From: Octopus vulgaris
Taxonomy: Eukaryota
Assembly: GCA_951406725.2 (NCBI GenBank)
Contig: OX597819.1
Coordinates: 49,476,001 to 49,540,000 of the forward strand
Direction: 5' to 3'
DNA: 64,000 nucleotides
Below are positions 12,836-24,900 of the stretch, piece after piece. Below the pieces are notes generated by a model, which was given only the letters and a program-made list of their open reading frames with translations, had not been told where the DNA came from and made no database searches. Every line of letters begins with the position of its first letter. The stretch's first letter is position 1. The translations under genes were made by a program, and so were the position numbers.

Positions 12836-13277
12836 AGGTGGACAAGAGTTTGTGATAGTAGAAAAGTGAATAAAAAAATGTACCGTCTGTACATTGTTGA
12901 ATATTATAGAAGAAAGTCCTGTTAAGAATGACTAATACATAGATTGCTTTTCTTTTTAAATTCTATCAGCTTAGCATTGGAGAAAGAATTTATGTCAATT
13001 GGAATACAACTACAGAAAGTCAGTTATAATTTCAATATTTGTCTTAATAAGCAAATTAGCTTAATGCTTAAAGTATTGGAATACTGGCTCAAATGTCACA
13101 AGAACATGTCTACAGCACAAAATTGAATTTTGTAGAAATACATTTCAGAGCAGGTATTTTATTCTAAATGTCTAAGTTCACCTGATGATGTTACTTTCTG
13201 GTGGAGATTTTATGTGATTGCTCGAGTTCAGAGAAATAGCATCTAAATCTCTCTCTCATATCACAACCGAACACCTT

Positions 13278-13696
13278 CAGGAGTGGCTGTGTGGTAAGTA
13301 GCTTGCTTACCAACCACATGGTTCCGGGTTCAGTCCCACTGCGTGGCGCCTTGGGCAAGTGTCTTCTACAATAGCCTTGGGCCAACCAAAGCCTTGTGAG
13401 TGGATTTGGTAGACGGAAACTTAAAGAAGCCCGTCGTATATGTGCATATGTATATATATATGTGTGTGTGTGTGTGTATGTTTGTGTGCCTATGTTTGTC
13501 CCCCCAACATCGCTTGACAACCGATGCTGGTGTGTTTACATCCCGTAACTTAGTGGTTCGGCAAAAAAGACTTACAAAATAAGTACTAGGCTTACAAAGA
13601 ATAAGTCCTGGGATCGATTTCCTCGACTAAAGGCGGTACTCCGGCATGGCCACAGTCAAATGACTGAAACAAGTAAAAGAGTAAAAGAGTAAAGAG
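13278..13696 (+). mobile_element. SINE A, full length, young
   Basis: Close to family consensus with many CpGs retained. Confidence 0.9.
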
Positions 13697-14524
13697 GATG
13701 GGTGACAGTAACAACTAGCAGAAGACAAGGAAGGGAAATGTTGGTCAGCAGCTTAACACTTCAAAATCCAGAATTATGTTTTAGTTTCATGGAACACTAA
13801 GGTTTGTTAAAGGATAAATAAATACTAAAGAAAGAAAGAAAAAGGTCAGTGAAATATTTCTTCCAGCCAGTAGCATTTGAGATGTTTAGAGGGGATGAGC
13901 CACTAACAGCAAAGTTCTAGTCATCATTGGGCTGTTCAAGAATTTGGACCTGGAGATCTCCATTTCCAGCGACTTCGAGGGCCACCTCCCAGTGGTGTCG
14001 GGTGTCAATGAAGAGCCCTCAACTACAACAAGACGACCAAAGTTTTTTTTTTTTTCCAAGGTCTGGGGTCTCCTGCCCCTAAGCCCTAGACCATCACCTA
14101 ATCACCCTTACCCATCTTGTTGCTTAACAACAACAGTCATCATTGGTAACTCATCTTACTGAGGTATCAGGTGATGCCCATGAGGGTGCTGGACAGTTCC
14201 AATGTTTTATCCTTGCCATCACCCATAGTAATGCTGCAAGTGTGTTGGTTTGCTTCAGTAGGTTCCACAGAACCTTGTGGTGTGCATCCAATTGAGGCAT
14301 TTAGTGTTGAATTAATGTTCTTTTCTTTTTCTTTCTTTCTTCTTTTTCTTCTTTCATACTTCTTTTTTCTTTCTTCCCTCATGCTTGTTTTTCTTTGATT
14401 TTGGATTTGTATTTTAATGTGGTTTTGTTTCATATATGTATCTTATACACACATGTTACATATGTAATAAAATAAAAATTATTATTTTCATTAAAGAAAG
14501 TTAAATATTTTTAATGAAGGAAGA

Positions 14525-14720
14525 TAATTGTTTATAGTCTACAGTAAAAAAAAGATAATTGTTTACAGTAAAGAAATTGTTTACAGTAAAGAAATGGTTT
14601 ACAGTAAAAAGGTGGTTTACAGTAGAGAAAAACAATTGTTTATAGCAGAGGAAAATGTTTACAGTAAAGAAAGATGTTAATAACAAAGGAAGATAACTAT
14701 TTATAGTAAAGGAAGATAAG
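14525..14720. repeat. ~19-22 bp degenerate minisatellite
   Basis: About nine GTTTA(C/T)AGTAAA(G/A)AAA units. Confidence 0.8.
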
Positions 14721-15242
14721 TGAAAGACATAACAACTATAATCTTTGTTTTGAATAAAACTAATAAAACAGAGAAAATGTCCTGAGTAATTAGACTCCAA
14801 GATTATTGGACATAGAGCAATGTCTGAAATTTGTCAATGTATTACATTATTTCTTTAAAGTGAGGCACCTTATTTGCATTAATCTTCCTATTTAAAAAAG
14901 TAATTCCTTCATAGCTGAGTAATAGTAACTATAAAACAACTTTTGGCAATTTGTAAAACTGACTTCAGAGTTAAGTGGCCCCATTTTTAGCAGAAGAAAA
15001 TGAATAAAATGAAATACTTAAAAAATGAGGTCAAGGAAATAGGTGTATTTTTAAAAAATATATCTTTTACTCAAGAAGAAAGACAGTGCCTGTGACCTTC
15101 AAAACTGGTGGGAAGGAGAGCGATATCCCCAGATTGGAACCTTGCAAAGGTCTGAACTCTGCTAAAAATACCCAAAGTGCCAGATATGATGTGGCATCAA
15201 AAGGTTCCAGACTAGTTATATCTAATAAAAAAATAACTTATT

Positions 15243-15644
15243 AGGCACAAGAGTGGCTGTATGGTAAGAAGCTTGCTTCCCAACCACATGGTTCCAGGGC
15301 ACATGGTGCATGGCACCTTGGGCAAGTGTCTTCTACTAGCCTTGGGCCAACCAAAGCCTTGTGAGTGGATTTGGTAGATGGAAACTGAATGAAGCCCACC
15401 ATGTATAATCATCATCATCATCATTTAACATCCATTGCCCACGCTGGCATGGGTTGGACAGTTTGACCGGGGTGGCACAGTGGAAGGCTGCACCAGACTC
15501 CAGGCTGATTTGGCACGGTTTTCTATGGCTGGATGCCCTTCGTAATGCCAACCACTCTGAGAGTGTAATGGGTGCTTTTATGTGCCACCAGCATTGGTAC
15601 CATTTGTGTGACACCAGGGTGCATTTACATGTCACTGGCATGGG

Positions 15645-15689
<45 letters not shown>

Positions 15690-15906
15690 CTATGTGTGTC
15701 TGTCTGTGTTTGTCCCCCATCACCACTTAACAACCAGTGTTGGTGTGTTTACATCCCTGTTACTTACCAGTTCAGCAAAAGGGACCGATAGGATAAGTAT
15801 TGGACTGATAAAATAAGTACTGGGGTTGATCCATTTGACTAAAAATTCAAGGCAGTGCCCCAGCATGACCACAGTCTAATGACTGAAACATGTAAAAGTT
15901 AAAAGA
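15243..15906 (+). mobile_element. SINE A with family C (minus strand, ~15408-15645) inserted in its microsatellite
   Basis: SINE A halves flank (TCA)n plus reverse-complement family C. Confidence 0.85.
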
Positions 15907-15924
15907 CAAGCAAAAGATACAACC

Positions 15925-16160
15925 AAAGTTTTAACATCACCCCCTTCAAAATAGTCACCTTGCACAGCAATACACCAGTCCCAGCAATCCTGCTCCTTTT
16001 GGAATCCAGCCTAGAAGTCATTTTCTGTAAGCAAAACGAGAACCTTCTGTGATTCACTCTGGATCTTGACAACAGTGTTAAAATGGCAACCTTTGAGCTG
16101 CATTCTCATCTTGGGGAAGAGATGGAAGTCTGCAGGTCCTAAATCTGGTGAATAGGGCAG
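15925..16160 (-). pseudogene. Mariner transposase C-terminal relic
   Basis: Minus strand reads ...DCWDWCIAVQGDYFEG, a typical mariner C-terminus. Confidence 0.7.
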
Positions 16161-16321
16161 GAACTCGGATTATATGCATGCATCCATTGCAAGTAGCTGC
16201 ACTTTTTTGCTCTTTTATTTTTAAAAGTTTTTTCCTCTTTTTCTCACTTTTTTCTTTAAATCCTCTCCTTCAAACATTCATATGTTGAAATCGACGGGAG
16301 TGACCATCATCATCATCATCA

Positions 16322-16362
<41 letters not shown>

Positions 16363-16880
16363 TTATTGAATGAGAGAGCAGTGCATGCCATCAAAGTGAC
16401 ACTGGGGTAAAATATACAAAGCCCAGTACACCCGTCATGACTACCTGTCTGATAAGGGCACATTAGGCACATACATCACAACCATATATGCACGACATGG
16501 TGATTTCATGTCAAAATAAACAGGGCATGACCTTGCAGGTGAGACCCCATTAGAATTTCCTCCAGGCTGAGTAGCCCATCCTGCCCAAAAGGTCCCTGAA
16601 TAAGGGTTGTTTAAGGATGAACAAAACACCCATGTTTCCAGAGGTAAATTATCTAAACCTCAAAGAAATCCTCTCAACACATGGCTATGATGCTTACCCA
16701 CTACTTTTGCTTGTGATCAGAGATGCACATATCATCAGCCACTAAGAGACATGCTCAACTGGTTACGGTCAAACAGCTGACAAGCAAATCTGTAGTATTG
16801 AGCAGAATATTTGCTGTAGCTTCCACTCAGTTAAAATCAGAAGCCATGAAAGCCACTGCCTGGTACTGCATCAAGGCATT
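16363..16880. mobile_element. Unclassified repeat flanked by (ATT)n on both sides
   Basis: (ATT)n at ~16323-16362 and ~16881-16910 bracket a ~520 bp higher-GC segment. Confidence 0.55.
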
Positions 16881-17269
16881 TATTATTATTATTATTATCA
16901 TTATTATTTATTCAAACAAAACCCATAGCTATAACCAATTCATGCTCTCTCTCAGGCTGATAAAGTTGATGTTTAATATTTGTTTTTCACAAGTTGTCTG
17001 TAAGAAATATGCAAGGAGGGAACGAAAGGTTAAGAAAAATAGCTTTCAGCAAAATCTGTGTGGTGTGCACAGTAGCAATAGTAAGAAGAGTAGATGACAA
17101 ATAAGGTGAGAATGTGTGTGGGAGTCACATAGTTTGCCAATTCAGAGGATAGAGGGAGGACATTATATATTGGCTGGATTTAGGATTCTAGAATATTTGT
17201 GAGTGACTGTTTATGTAATAATCTGGTCAGTTCTTTTTTTTTCAATGTTTTATAAATGTTTTATATGTG

Positions 17270-17590
17270 TAAGGCAGCTGTACCACCACAGATATGTGAG
17301 TAGTACTGCTCTAATATAAAATGTAATTGGGCCTCATTAATGATCAACAACAATGAAGAGATTAAATAGTTTGTGTTCTTGAAATGGGAGCCTAGTTTCT
17401 GGGATGTAGTAGGATTCAGAGTATTCTGTTGATACAGTGATGGGGTATATTTGAAAAAGAACTTCCGATCCAAGAAATGAGACTCAGATGGTGGCTCATA
17501 AATGGACAAACTGAGCCAAGAGGTTCTCTTGCTAGATGTTGTCAAAGGCTTTGCAAGCATGAAAGACCACAACATTGGTTTGGATGAATC
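17270..17590 (-). mobile_element. Degraded non-LTR RT fragment (CR1/L2-like)
   Basis: Minus strand VVFHACKAFDNI resembles the RT motif D(F/L)xKAFD. Confidence 0.4.
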
Positions 17591-19003
17591 AGGAAAGCAA
17601 GCCTCTGATGGTTAGGATTTTGAATGAAAACCACAAGACAAGCACCATAATGATTATGTTGATGATCCTGACGATAAATCAAAACTAAATACAATAACAA
17701 AACAATAATTTCACAAAAACTAACTGACCTAAGCTTTGGTTACAGAATGAGTTAAAAATCAAATTGGGAATTGTAATTGATGTGCTGAAAGTATTTGTAA
17801 ACCATTAAAAGAGTGATATATTTAGAATCAATGAATAATTCAATAAAAACCATTAGAAAACTACAAGTCCATTAACTCATCATGCAGAGTTTATATAAAG
17901 TACCAACTGCATTGGAGATGGAAATAGAATAACTTTTAGAAAGAAAACAAAGAATGATTAAAAATAGATTAACTGTATCTGTTATACTCTTCTTTTTTTT
18001 TTTTTTTTTGTAACAGCAAAAATTAGAAATGTAGTATGTTTACCTTTGAAAATTGATATAAGGTTTTAAGTAAATAGCTAACCTTGCTTCTCATAGGTAC
18101 AGATTTTATTTAAATGTATTGCCCTTTGGATTGACAGATTCAACCATTGGAGTAGCTGTGTGGATACAAAGTTCACTTTGTAATCATGTAGATTGGGGTT
18201 CTATCCCACAGCACATTAGGCAAGTCCCATCTACTTTAGCCTTAGGATGATGAAAGCTTTAAGAATTGGTTGTTAAAAACTGTTTGAAAGTCTGTTATGT
18301 ATCATCATTATCATCATCATTTTATGCCCACTTTCCATACTAGCATGGGTTGGAGGAGTTGTTACAGTTAAAGTCAGCACATATTCAGGGATACTGTTGT
18401 ATATACACACTAGCATTACCCATCCAGTGGCAGTCTTCTGCACAGTTGCATTCTACCAAATTTCATTTACAAGACATTATTCAACCAAAAGCTAAGTTGG
18501 AAGTCATTTGTCCAAGGAACTGCAGAGTAGAATCATACCCAGAATCTTGTGATTGCCAAATGACCTTGTTAACCACATAGCCACGCCTGCACTTTTTCCC
18601 CTCATATTCATTTGAAACATCCATGTTCATGAGACAGCAACTCGCCTGCATGACACACAAATGGTCTCTTGACTTATAAATTGGTAAATTTAAGTCTGTT
18701 GTACTTTTATCAAAGTAGGAAAGATTTAACAAAAATGAATTACATGCCTAAAAATGTTTACCTTTGTGTTATACTTGGAACTAATGAAAACTAATCAACA
18801 TTTTTTTTAAGCTTATTCTCTATCTACAATTTATACATTTTGATGTAGCTTCTCTACAACACATCTCAATATTCTAAATCAGCTTCCTGTAATCCACCAA
18901 TGTTTTTTTCTATTCCTTGATGTCTTGTCATTGAAAATGTTGATCCTATACACAACACACATACACACACACATATATATAAACAAACACATATACATAC
19001 TAG

Positions 19004-19226
19004 TGGAGGTGTGTGGCTTAGTGGTTAGGGTGTTGGACTCATGCTTGTAAGATAAGATTGTGGTTTCAATTTCTGGACCAGGTGACGCATTGTGGCAAAA
19101 CTGAGTAATCCTGCAATGGACAAGTGTCCCATCCACGTGGGGAGTATATACGCTATGAAACAGAGAAACCAACACTTATGAGTTGGAACAACTCAAGAAA
19201 GTAACTTTACCTTACTTTACCTTTAC
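19004..19226 (+). mobile_element. SINE family E
   Basis: A box TGGCTTAGTGGT, (CTTTAC)n tail, 14-bp TSD CATATACA(T/C)ACTAG at 18990-19003 and 19227-19240. Confidence 0.85.
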
Positions 19227-19340
19227 CATATACACACTAGCATGCATACACATTAATGATGCAAACCTCCAACCATCTACATTATAATCTTATATTCTGC
19301 CCAAAGAAAGCAAAGATAAGAAAAAAGTCTTATTCTAGAG

Positions 19341-19715
19341 CAGTGGTCTCAACCAAGGTCTATATGAACCCTGGATATCCTTAAAAAGATTTTGGTGGGG
19401 TCTACACAAGCAAAATAGAAAATTGAGGATCCACAGTAGTATTTTAAGGATCCATGAAAAAAAATTATGCTTTAGATGTATTTATTGCAAGAAACAGCTA
19501 GGTTTCTTTCTCAAATGTTTTACATAGTTTAGCATGTTTCCAGTACTATTGCAAACTTACACAAGTGAATGGAGAGTACTATTGCAAACTTACACGAGTG
19601 AATGGACAATTTGCAAAAACTATCTATAAAACTAACATTGAATGACTATGGCAGTCCATCAGAATAAAATAGTAATCAATGGAGTCTGTAGATAAAGAAT
19701 GGTTGAGAACCACAG
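19341..19715. mobile_element. Non-autonomous hAT (Charlie-like) MITE
   Basis: TIRs CAGTGGTCTCAACC / GGTTGAGAACCACAG; perfect 8-bp TSD TTCTAGAG at 19333-19340 and 19716-19723 (Charlie-type NTCTAGAN target); internal 31-bp tandem duplication. Confidence 0.85.
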
Positions 19716-19929
19716 TTCTAGAGCCATTGTGACTGCACAAGAAGAAAGTGAAACCCCAGGACAAAGAACTACTTTAAGTGAAGTAATTTGCTATTTGTTG
19801 ATGTCACAATCAAATTGCATCCACTTTTATGCATTCCAGACAAATCTCTCATCACCAATTTTTTAAACTCCATATCAATTTATCAACTTCAATAATCTGA
19901 TGTATAAAGTGTAACTTCCTGGAACAAGT

Positions 19930-20300
19930 GGTTATGAAGTAATACACTGCTTTCAAATTCCACCTATCTAACACCCGTGGACATGTTTACAAAGTCAGAA
20001 AATAGCACAGCTCCCATGATTTTCGGAAACATATTTTCACACTAAGAGTGGCTGAAGTATGGAACAAACTGCCAGCATCAGTTGTTAGTTGTCAGAGCAC
20101 TGCATCCTTCAAAACTTCTATGCTTCCTGAGATTCACCAACACTACACCTGATTTTCTCCCTTCCATACATATGCAAGCATATATCTGACTCATACACTG
20201 TTCACTTTCCAGACATTTGTACATTACTGCATATGCTTTATATGCACTTTTGACAAGTTGTGGTGCACCTGAGCACTGTATACAATAATTTCATTATATT
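19930..20300 (+). mobile_element. CR1-clade LINE 3' end
   Basis: Translates TRGHVYKVRK*HSSHDFRKHIFTLRVAEVWNKLPASVVSCQSTASFKTSM, the CR1 ORF2 C-terminal motif, followed by 3' UTR and ATT tail. Confidence 0.85.
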
Positions 20301-20666
20301 ATATTATAACCAAATCAGCTCGTGCACATATACATATATATATGGTATCAGAATGTTTATAAAAAGGAAGCAAGTGCTATAGAACATACTTCGTATTTCT
20401 ACAAGTACTTCCATACAAAAACAAAAACGAAGCAAGTTTTACTATCACTTCATGCACAAAGGAAAATGAAGACAATTCATTGTATGCTGAACTTGCCCAA
20501 ACTCAGCTGTTACAAAAACAGATATAATTCTAAAGATTCTTATTTTATTTATATATTTTCAGTTTCATAATTTAGGAATACAGCATAAGCTGTAAAAAAA
20601 AATACTTATATATTCTCAGACATTTTTTTTCTTATTCTCCAAGTAGTTTTACCACTCTGGTCTTTC

Positions 20667-21030
20667 ATCATCATCATCATCATCATTATCATTATCGTTT
20701 AACGTCCGCTTTCCATGCTAGCATGGGTTGGACTATTTGACTGAAGACTAGCGAACCAGATGGTTGCACCAGACTCCAATCTGATCTGGCAGAGTTTCTA
20801 CAGCTGGATGCCCTTCCTAATGCCAACCACTCCAAGAGTGTAGTGGGTGCTTTTACATGCCACTGGCACAAGGGCCAGTCAGGCGGTATTGGCAATGGCC
20901 TCACTCAAATGGTGCTTTTTATGTGCCACCTGCACAGGAGCCAGTCCAGCGGCACTGGCAACGACCTTGCTTGAATGTTTTTTCATGTGCCACCTGCACA
21001 AGTACCAGTAAGGTGACGCAGGTAACGATA
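20667..21030 (-). mobile_element. Family C retroposon
   Basis: Reverse-complement match with three internal repeats and (TCA)n tail. Confidence 0.85.
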
Positions 21031-22509
21031 ATTTTTTAAGCTAATAATTAAAATATCAAAGCAAAAACCCATCTGAAAGTTAAGAAAGAATATTTCATAT
21101 AAGACTATGAAATATTTTACAAAATATGTATATAGTTTAAGCAATAACTAACCTAAAATTATCTAAAATATGTTACAGTATTCGTTATATGATCTAAATT
21201 TCCACTGGAATATTCCTGCAGAAATAGTATCTTGAATTAGCAACAACTACAAGAGATTGTTTGCAAAGATACTGAGTGGGTATTTTGTTTTAGATATTCA
21301 TCACTTATCCAATAAAAAATATATTTATAGATGTTTGTTTTAGACTCTTAACTGTAAGGTTGGTTTGAATAAGGAATGTTAAGATGCAACAGAATAATCT
21401 TTTTTAAATGAGCTAAGGGAGGAGGCGGACTGTGAGAAAGAAGGGTCTTATATAAAAAGTTATTTATGGTATCAGTGAAAAGGATAAGAGTTCAGATGAT
21501 TGATGATGAGAAAGAGAGAGAAGCGAGCAAAAAAAAAATTATTTTATATGCAATAAACAGGTAGGAAAAGAAGAAAAAAATCAGGCAGAAGATGGGGGCT
21601 GCTGTCAAAACATAAAAGTGTGAAAACAAAAAGATGAAGGAATTACTGCCTACTTTACCAAATCATTTCTACTTGTAGAACTGTGGAGTAAAAAAATTCT
21701 ATATGATGAAAACAACAAACAAATCCATTCCTATGAAACTCAGTAATGAGGTAGAAGAGAAATTACTATTGGTTAATTTCAATTCTAGCAACAAGTTTTT
21801 GCCTGAAAGAAAGGTGTAAATATTTATTAAGAAAAAAAAATCAAGGCTGGTACAAGATATGGCCTCTAGATACATCAGTCCAAAAAAGGAGAACAGCTTA
21901 ATTATATTATATTAAATAGAATGTAAAATATAGATAGATTTAGTGGAAACTTAGGAAACTAACTGCAAAGTGACATAATTTGTGAAAGTGATGCTATCTT
22001 CAGGCAGGTCATCATTCCAGATGAGAAAACCATGATTTCCTATCAGCAGACTAATTTGGAATTTGCAATAGAAAATAAGTAGCTGGAAATCAAAATATCT
22101 TTAGACAGAAAGTCAAAATTGTTTTAAAGGAAAAACCCGGGTAACATGTGTTGTAATGCAAAAGATTCTAATTGAAACTGACAAGTTAAGATAAATTCGA
22201 GCCTGTTTAGATATGATTGGATAAAATATGACCCTTTTTATCTTTTTTCTTTCATGATGTATGAAAAGGAAGATTATGACCTAGAGTTATAGATCAGAAT
22301 GCTGGAATGATACTTTTCCAACTTGTGGAAACAATTAGGAATAAAATTTATGAAGAACTGGGTAGTCCCATTTAGTTCTTGTTATGGAAGGAGAAAATTG
22401 AGCTGCTGGTGTAACTGTTAATAAATCTCCTTTAATAAACTTTCTACCAGACTTTAAAAAATGGAAATCATGTTTAAATTCCTAACTCTAAAGATAGCAC
22501 ATCGATAAT

Positions 22510-22822
22510 ATTGTTGTTGTTGTTGTTGTTTGTTCCTTCTCAAGCCATGCCTATCTCATAAGAGCCGGTTTCCCAGATTCATTGGCATATTGGTTCCCCA
22601 CCTGCCAGTCCATTGCAGTTGAGCTGCTAGATGCAGGAGGAAACAGTGAGAGAAAGTTGTGGTGAAAGAGTCAGCAGAAGTTCGTCATTACCTTCTGCTG
22701 GAGCCACATGCAGATAGGTGTTTCACTCATAAACACACACATCGCCTGATCTGAGATTCAAACCCACGATCCCCCAATTGAGAGTCTGCTGCTCTAACCA
22801 CTTGGCCATGCGCCTCCACCAT
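22510..22822 (-). mobile_element. SINE family E with (CAA)n tail
   Basis: Reverse complement GGTGGAGGCGCATGGCCAAGTGGTTAGAGC...GGGTTTGAATCTC; (TTG)n at left end. Confidence 0.85.
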
Positions 22823-23087
22823 TAATAATATAGATGTGTCATATCTAAAGCACCAGGCACTAAGTTCAATTCAAGCAAAAAGGCTTCCACGATGTAACAG
22901 CAATCTACGGAATGGAGATTTATTGTTGTCATTCATTTAGCACCAGGTCAGAATATTATCCACATACTCTTCACATTAAATCTGTGCTAATTCCAAAAAT
23001 GGAGATGGTCTCAAAAACTTTCTCCAAAGGCATTATACCAATTTTGTCTTTAGCAGTACAAAGACACAATCAATATACATATTGGTT

Positions 23088-23518
23088 GAGGCAGTGAGCT
23101 GACAGAAATGTTAGTATGCTGGGCAAAATGCTTAGTAATATTTCATCTGTCTTTATGTTCTGAGTTCAAATTCCGCTGAAGTCGACTTTGCCTTTTATCC
23201 TTTCAGGGTCATTAACTTAAGTATCAGTTATGCACTGGAGTCAATGCAATTGACTTAATCCCTTTGTCTGTCCTTGTTTGTCCCCTCTATGTTTAGCCAC
23301 TTGTAGGCAATAAAGAAATAAGAAACGTTAGCATGCTGGGCAAAATGCTTAGTGATATTTCGTTTGTCTTTACGTTCTGAGTTCAAATTCCGCCGAGGTC
23401 ACCTTTGCCTTTCATCCTTTCAGGGTTGATAAATTAAATATCACTTGCATACTGAGGTCGATCTAATCAACTCGCCCCCTCCCCCAAAATTTCAGGCCTA
23501 GTGCCTAGAGTAGAAAAG
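23088..23518 (+). mobile_element. Heterodimeric SINE B (tail-1 unit + tail-2 unit)
   Basis: Two B bodies joined at AATAAAGAAATA|AGAAACGTTAGC; 16-bp TSD AATA(T/A)ACATATTGGTT at 23072-23087 and 23519-23534. Confidence 0.85.
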
Positions 23519-23526
23519 AATAAACA

Positions 23527-23747
23527 TATTGGTTTCAAATTTTGGAACAACACCAGCAATTTCAAGGGAAGGATGAGGTAAGTTGATTATAGCGACCCCA
23601 GTGCTAAACTGGTACTTATTTTGTGGTTCTTGAACAATGAAAGGCAAACTCAGCCTCAAGGAATTTGAACCCAGAACATAAAGGCAGACGAAATGCTGCT
23701 AAGCATTTTGCCTGGCATGCTAACAGTTCTGCCAGCTCGTTGCCTTC
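23527..23747 (-). mobile_element. SINE B, older, tail type 3
   Basis: Reverse-complement B head and domain; tail AAATTGCTGG...CCAAAATTTGAAACCAATAT. Confidence 0.8.
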
Positions 23748-23849
23748 ACAACAAAAATACATATTGAAAAAACATTGTGTTTTACCACCCCTTAATGTGT
23801 ACAATACCTCCATCTCAATAGATTTCTACAAATGCTAGGCCTAACTATC

Positions 23850-24380
23850 ACTGAGGATCTCTCCTGACAAAAGCATATCTTCAACATACCAAAAACTGTT
23901 TTGCAAAGACTGGCCTCCTACTTCAGGATCTGAAATACTTCTCCCAAAACAACTACTAGTCATTTACAACATCCAGATGAGACCCACAATGGGGTACTAA
24001 TCTACACCTGGGATAGTGCTGACATACACACACACACACCTTGACAGCATTCAAAGAAAGGTCACCTGATTGATTGGTATAAAGTCACTCACCAACACAC
24101 TCCAAGTTTTGACCCAAAGATGTGCTGCTGTCTCCTCCCTGTCTTTTCTATGACTACTAAATTGTCTTTTGCTCTTCAGATCTTGCTAGCCAGTTACATG
24201 CCACTTCTATTCAAACACTGATCTTTTATCCTCTCATCCTCCTGTATTGTTTCCCCAGTGCACCCTCATACAAACTATTAATTCCAGTCATTCCCCACCA
24301 CCAATTACCAGTATTCTAGAATTCCTGCTCTGCTCATGATTTTTGTGCAGCTGTCATCTTGTAACAGGCAGAACATTAAC
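23850..24380 (+). mobile_element. Degraded CR1/L2/Jockey-group LINE 3' fragment
   Basis: LDSIQRKV..LIG-like residues; similar relics at ~42760-43190 (+) and ~37260-37600 (-). Confidence 0.45.
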
Positions 24381-24463
24381 CTCATTGATTTCGCCAGTCA
24401 CAAAGGGCTAGTAAAGACCGAATGTACAACCTCACATTCCAAACCAAACAAATAAAAAAAATA

Positions 24464-24622
24464 TGCAGGAGTGGCTGTGTGGTAAGAAGCTTGCTTCTCA
24501 ACCACATGGTTCCGGGTTCAGTCCCACTGCATAGCACCTTGGGCAAGTGTCTTCTACTATAGCCTCGGGCCAACCAAAGCCTTGTAAGTAGATTTGGTAG
24601 ACAGAAACTGAAAGAAGCCTGT

Positions 24623-24691
<69 letters not shown>

Positions 24692-24900
24692 TTGTGTCTG
24701 TGTTTGTCCCCTACCATCTCTTGACAACAGATGTAGTGTTTATGCCCCTGTAACTTAGTGGCTTGGCAAAAGAAACCAATAGAATAAGTTCTAGGCTTAC
24801 AAAGAATAAGTCCAAGGGTCGATTTGTTTGACTAAAGGTAGTGCTCCGGCATGGCCACAGTCAAAATGACTGAAACAAGTAAAAGAGTAAAAGAGTAAAA
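24464..24900 (+). mobile_element. SINE A, full length
   Basis: Family match with (TG)n core. Confidence 0.9.

Noticed and set aside
12453-12845. His/Ala/Gly/Asp-rich ORFs resembling transcription-factor low-complexity regions
   Set aside because: Pure compound trinucleotide repeat with no ordered domain or clear splice context
14525-14720. Regularly spaced short repeats, superficially CRISPR-like (also 9575-9725, 55991-56246)
   Set aside because: No unique spacers of constant length, no cas genes, eukaryotic context
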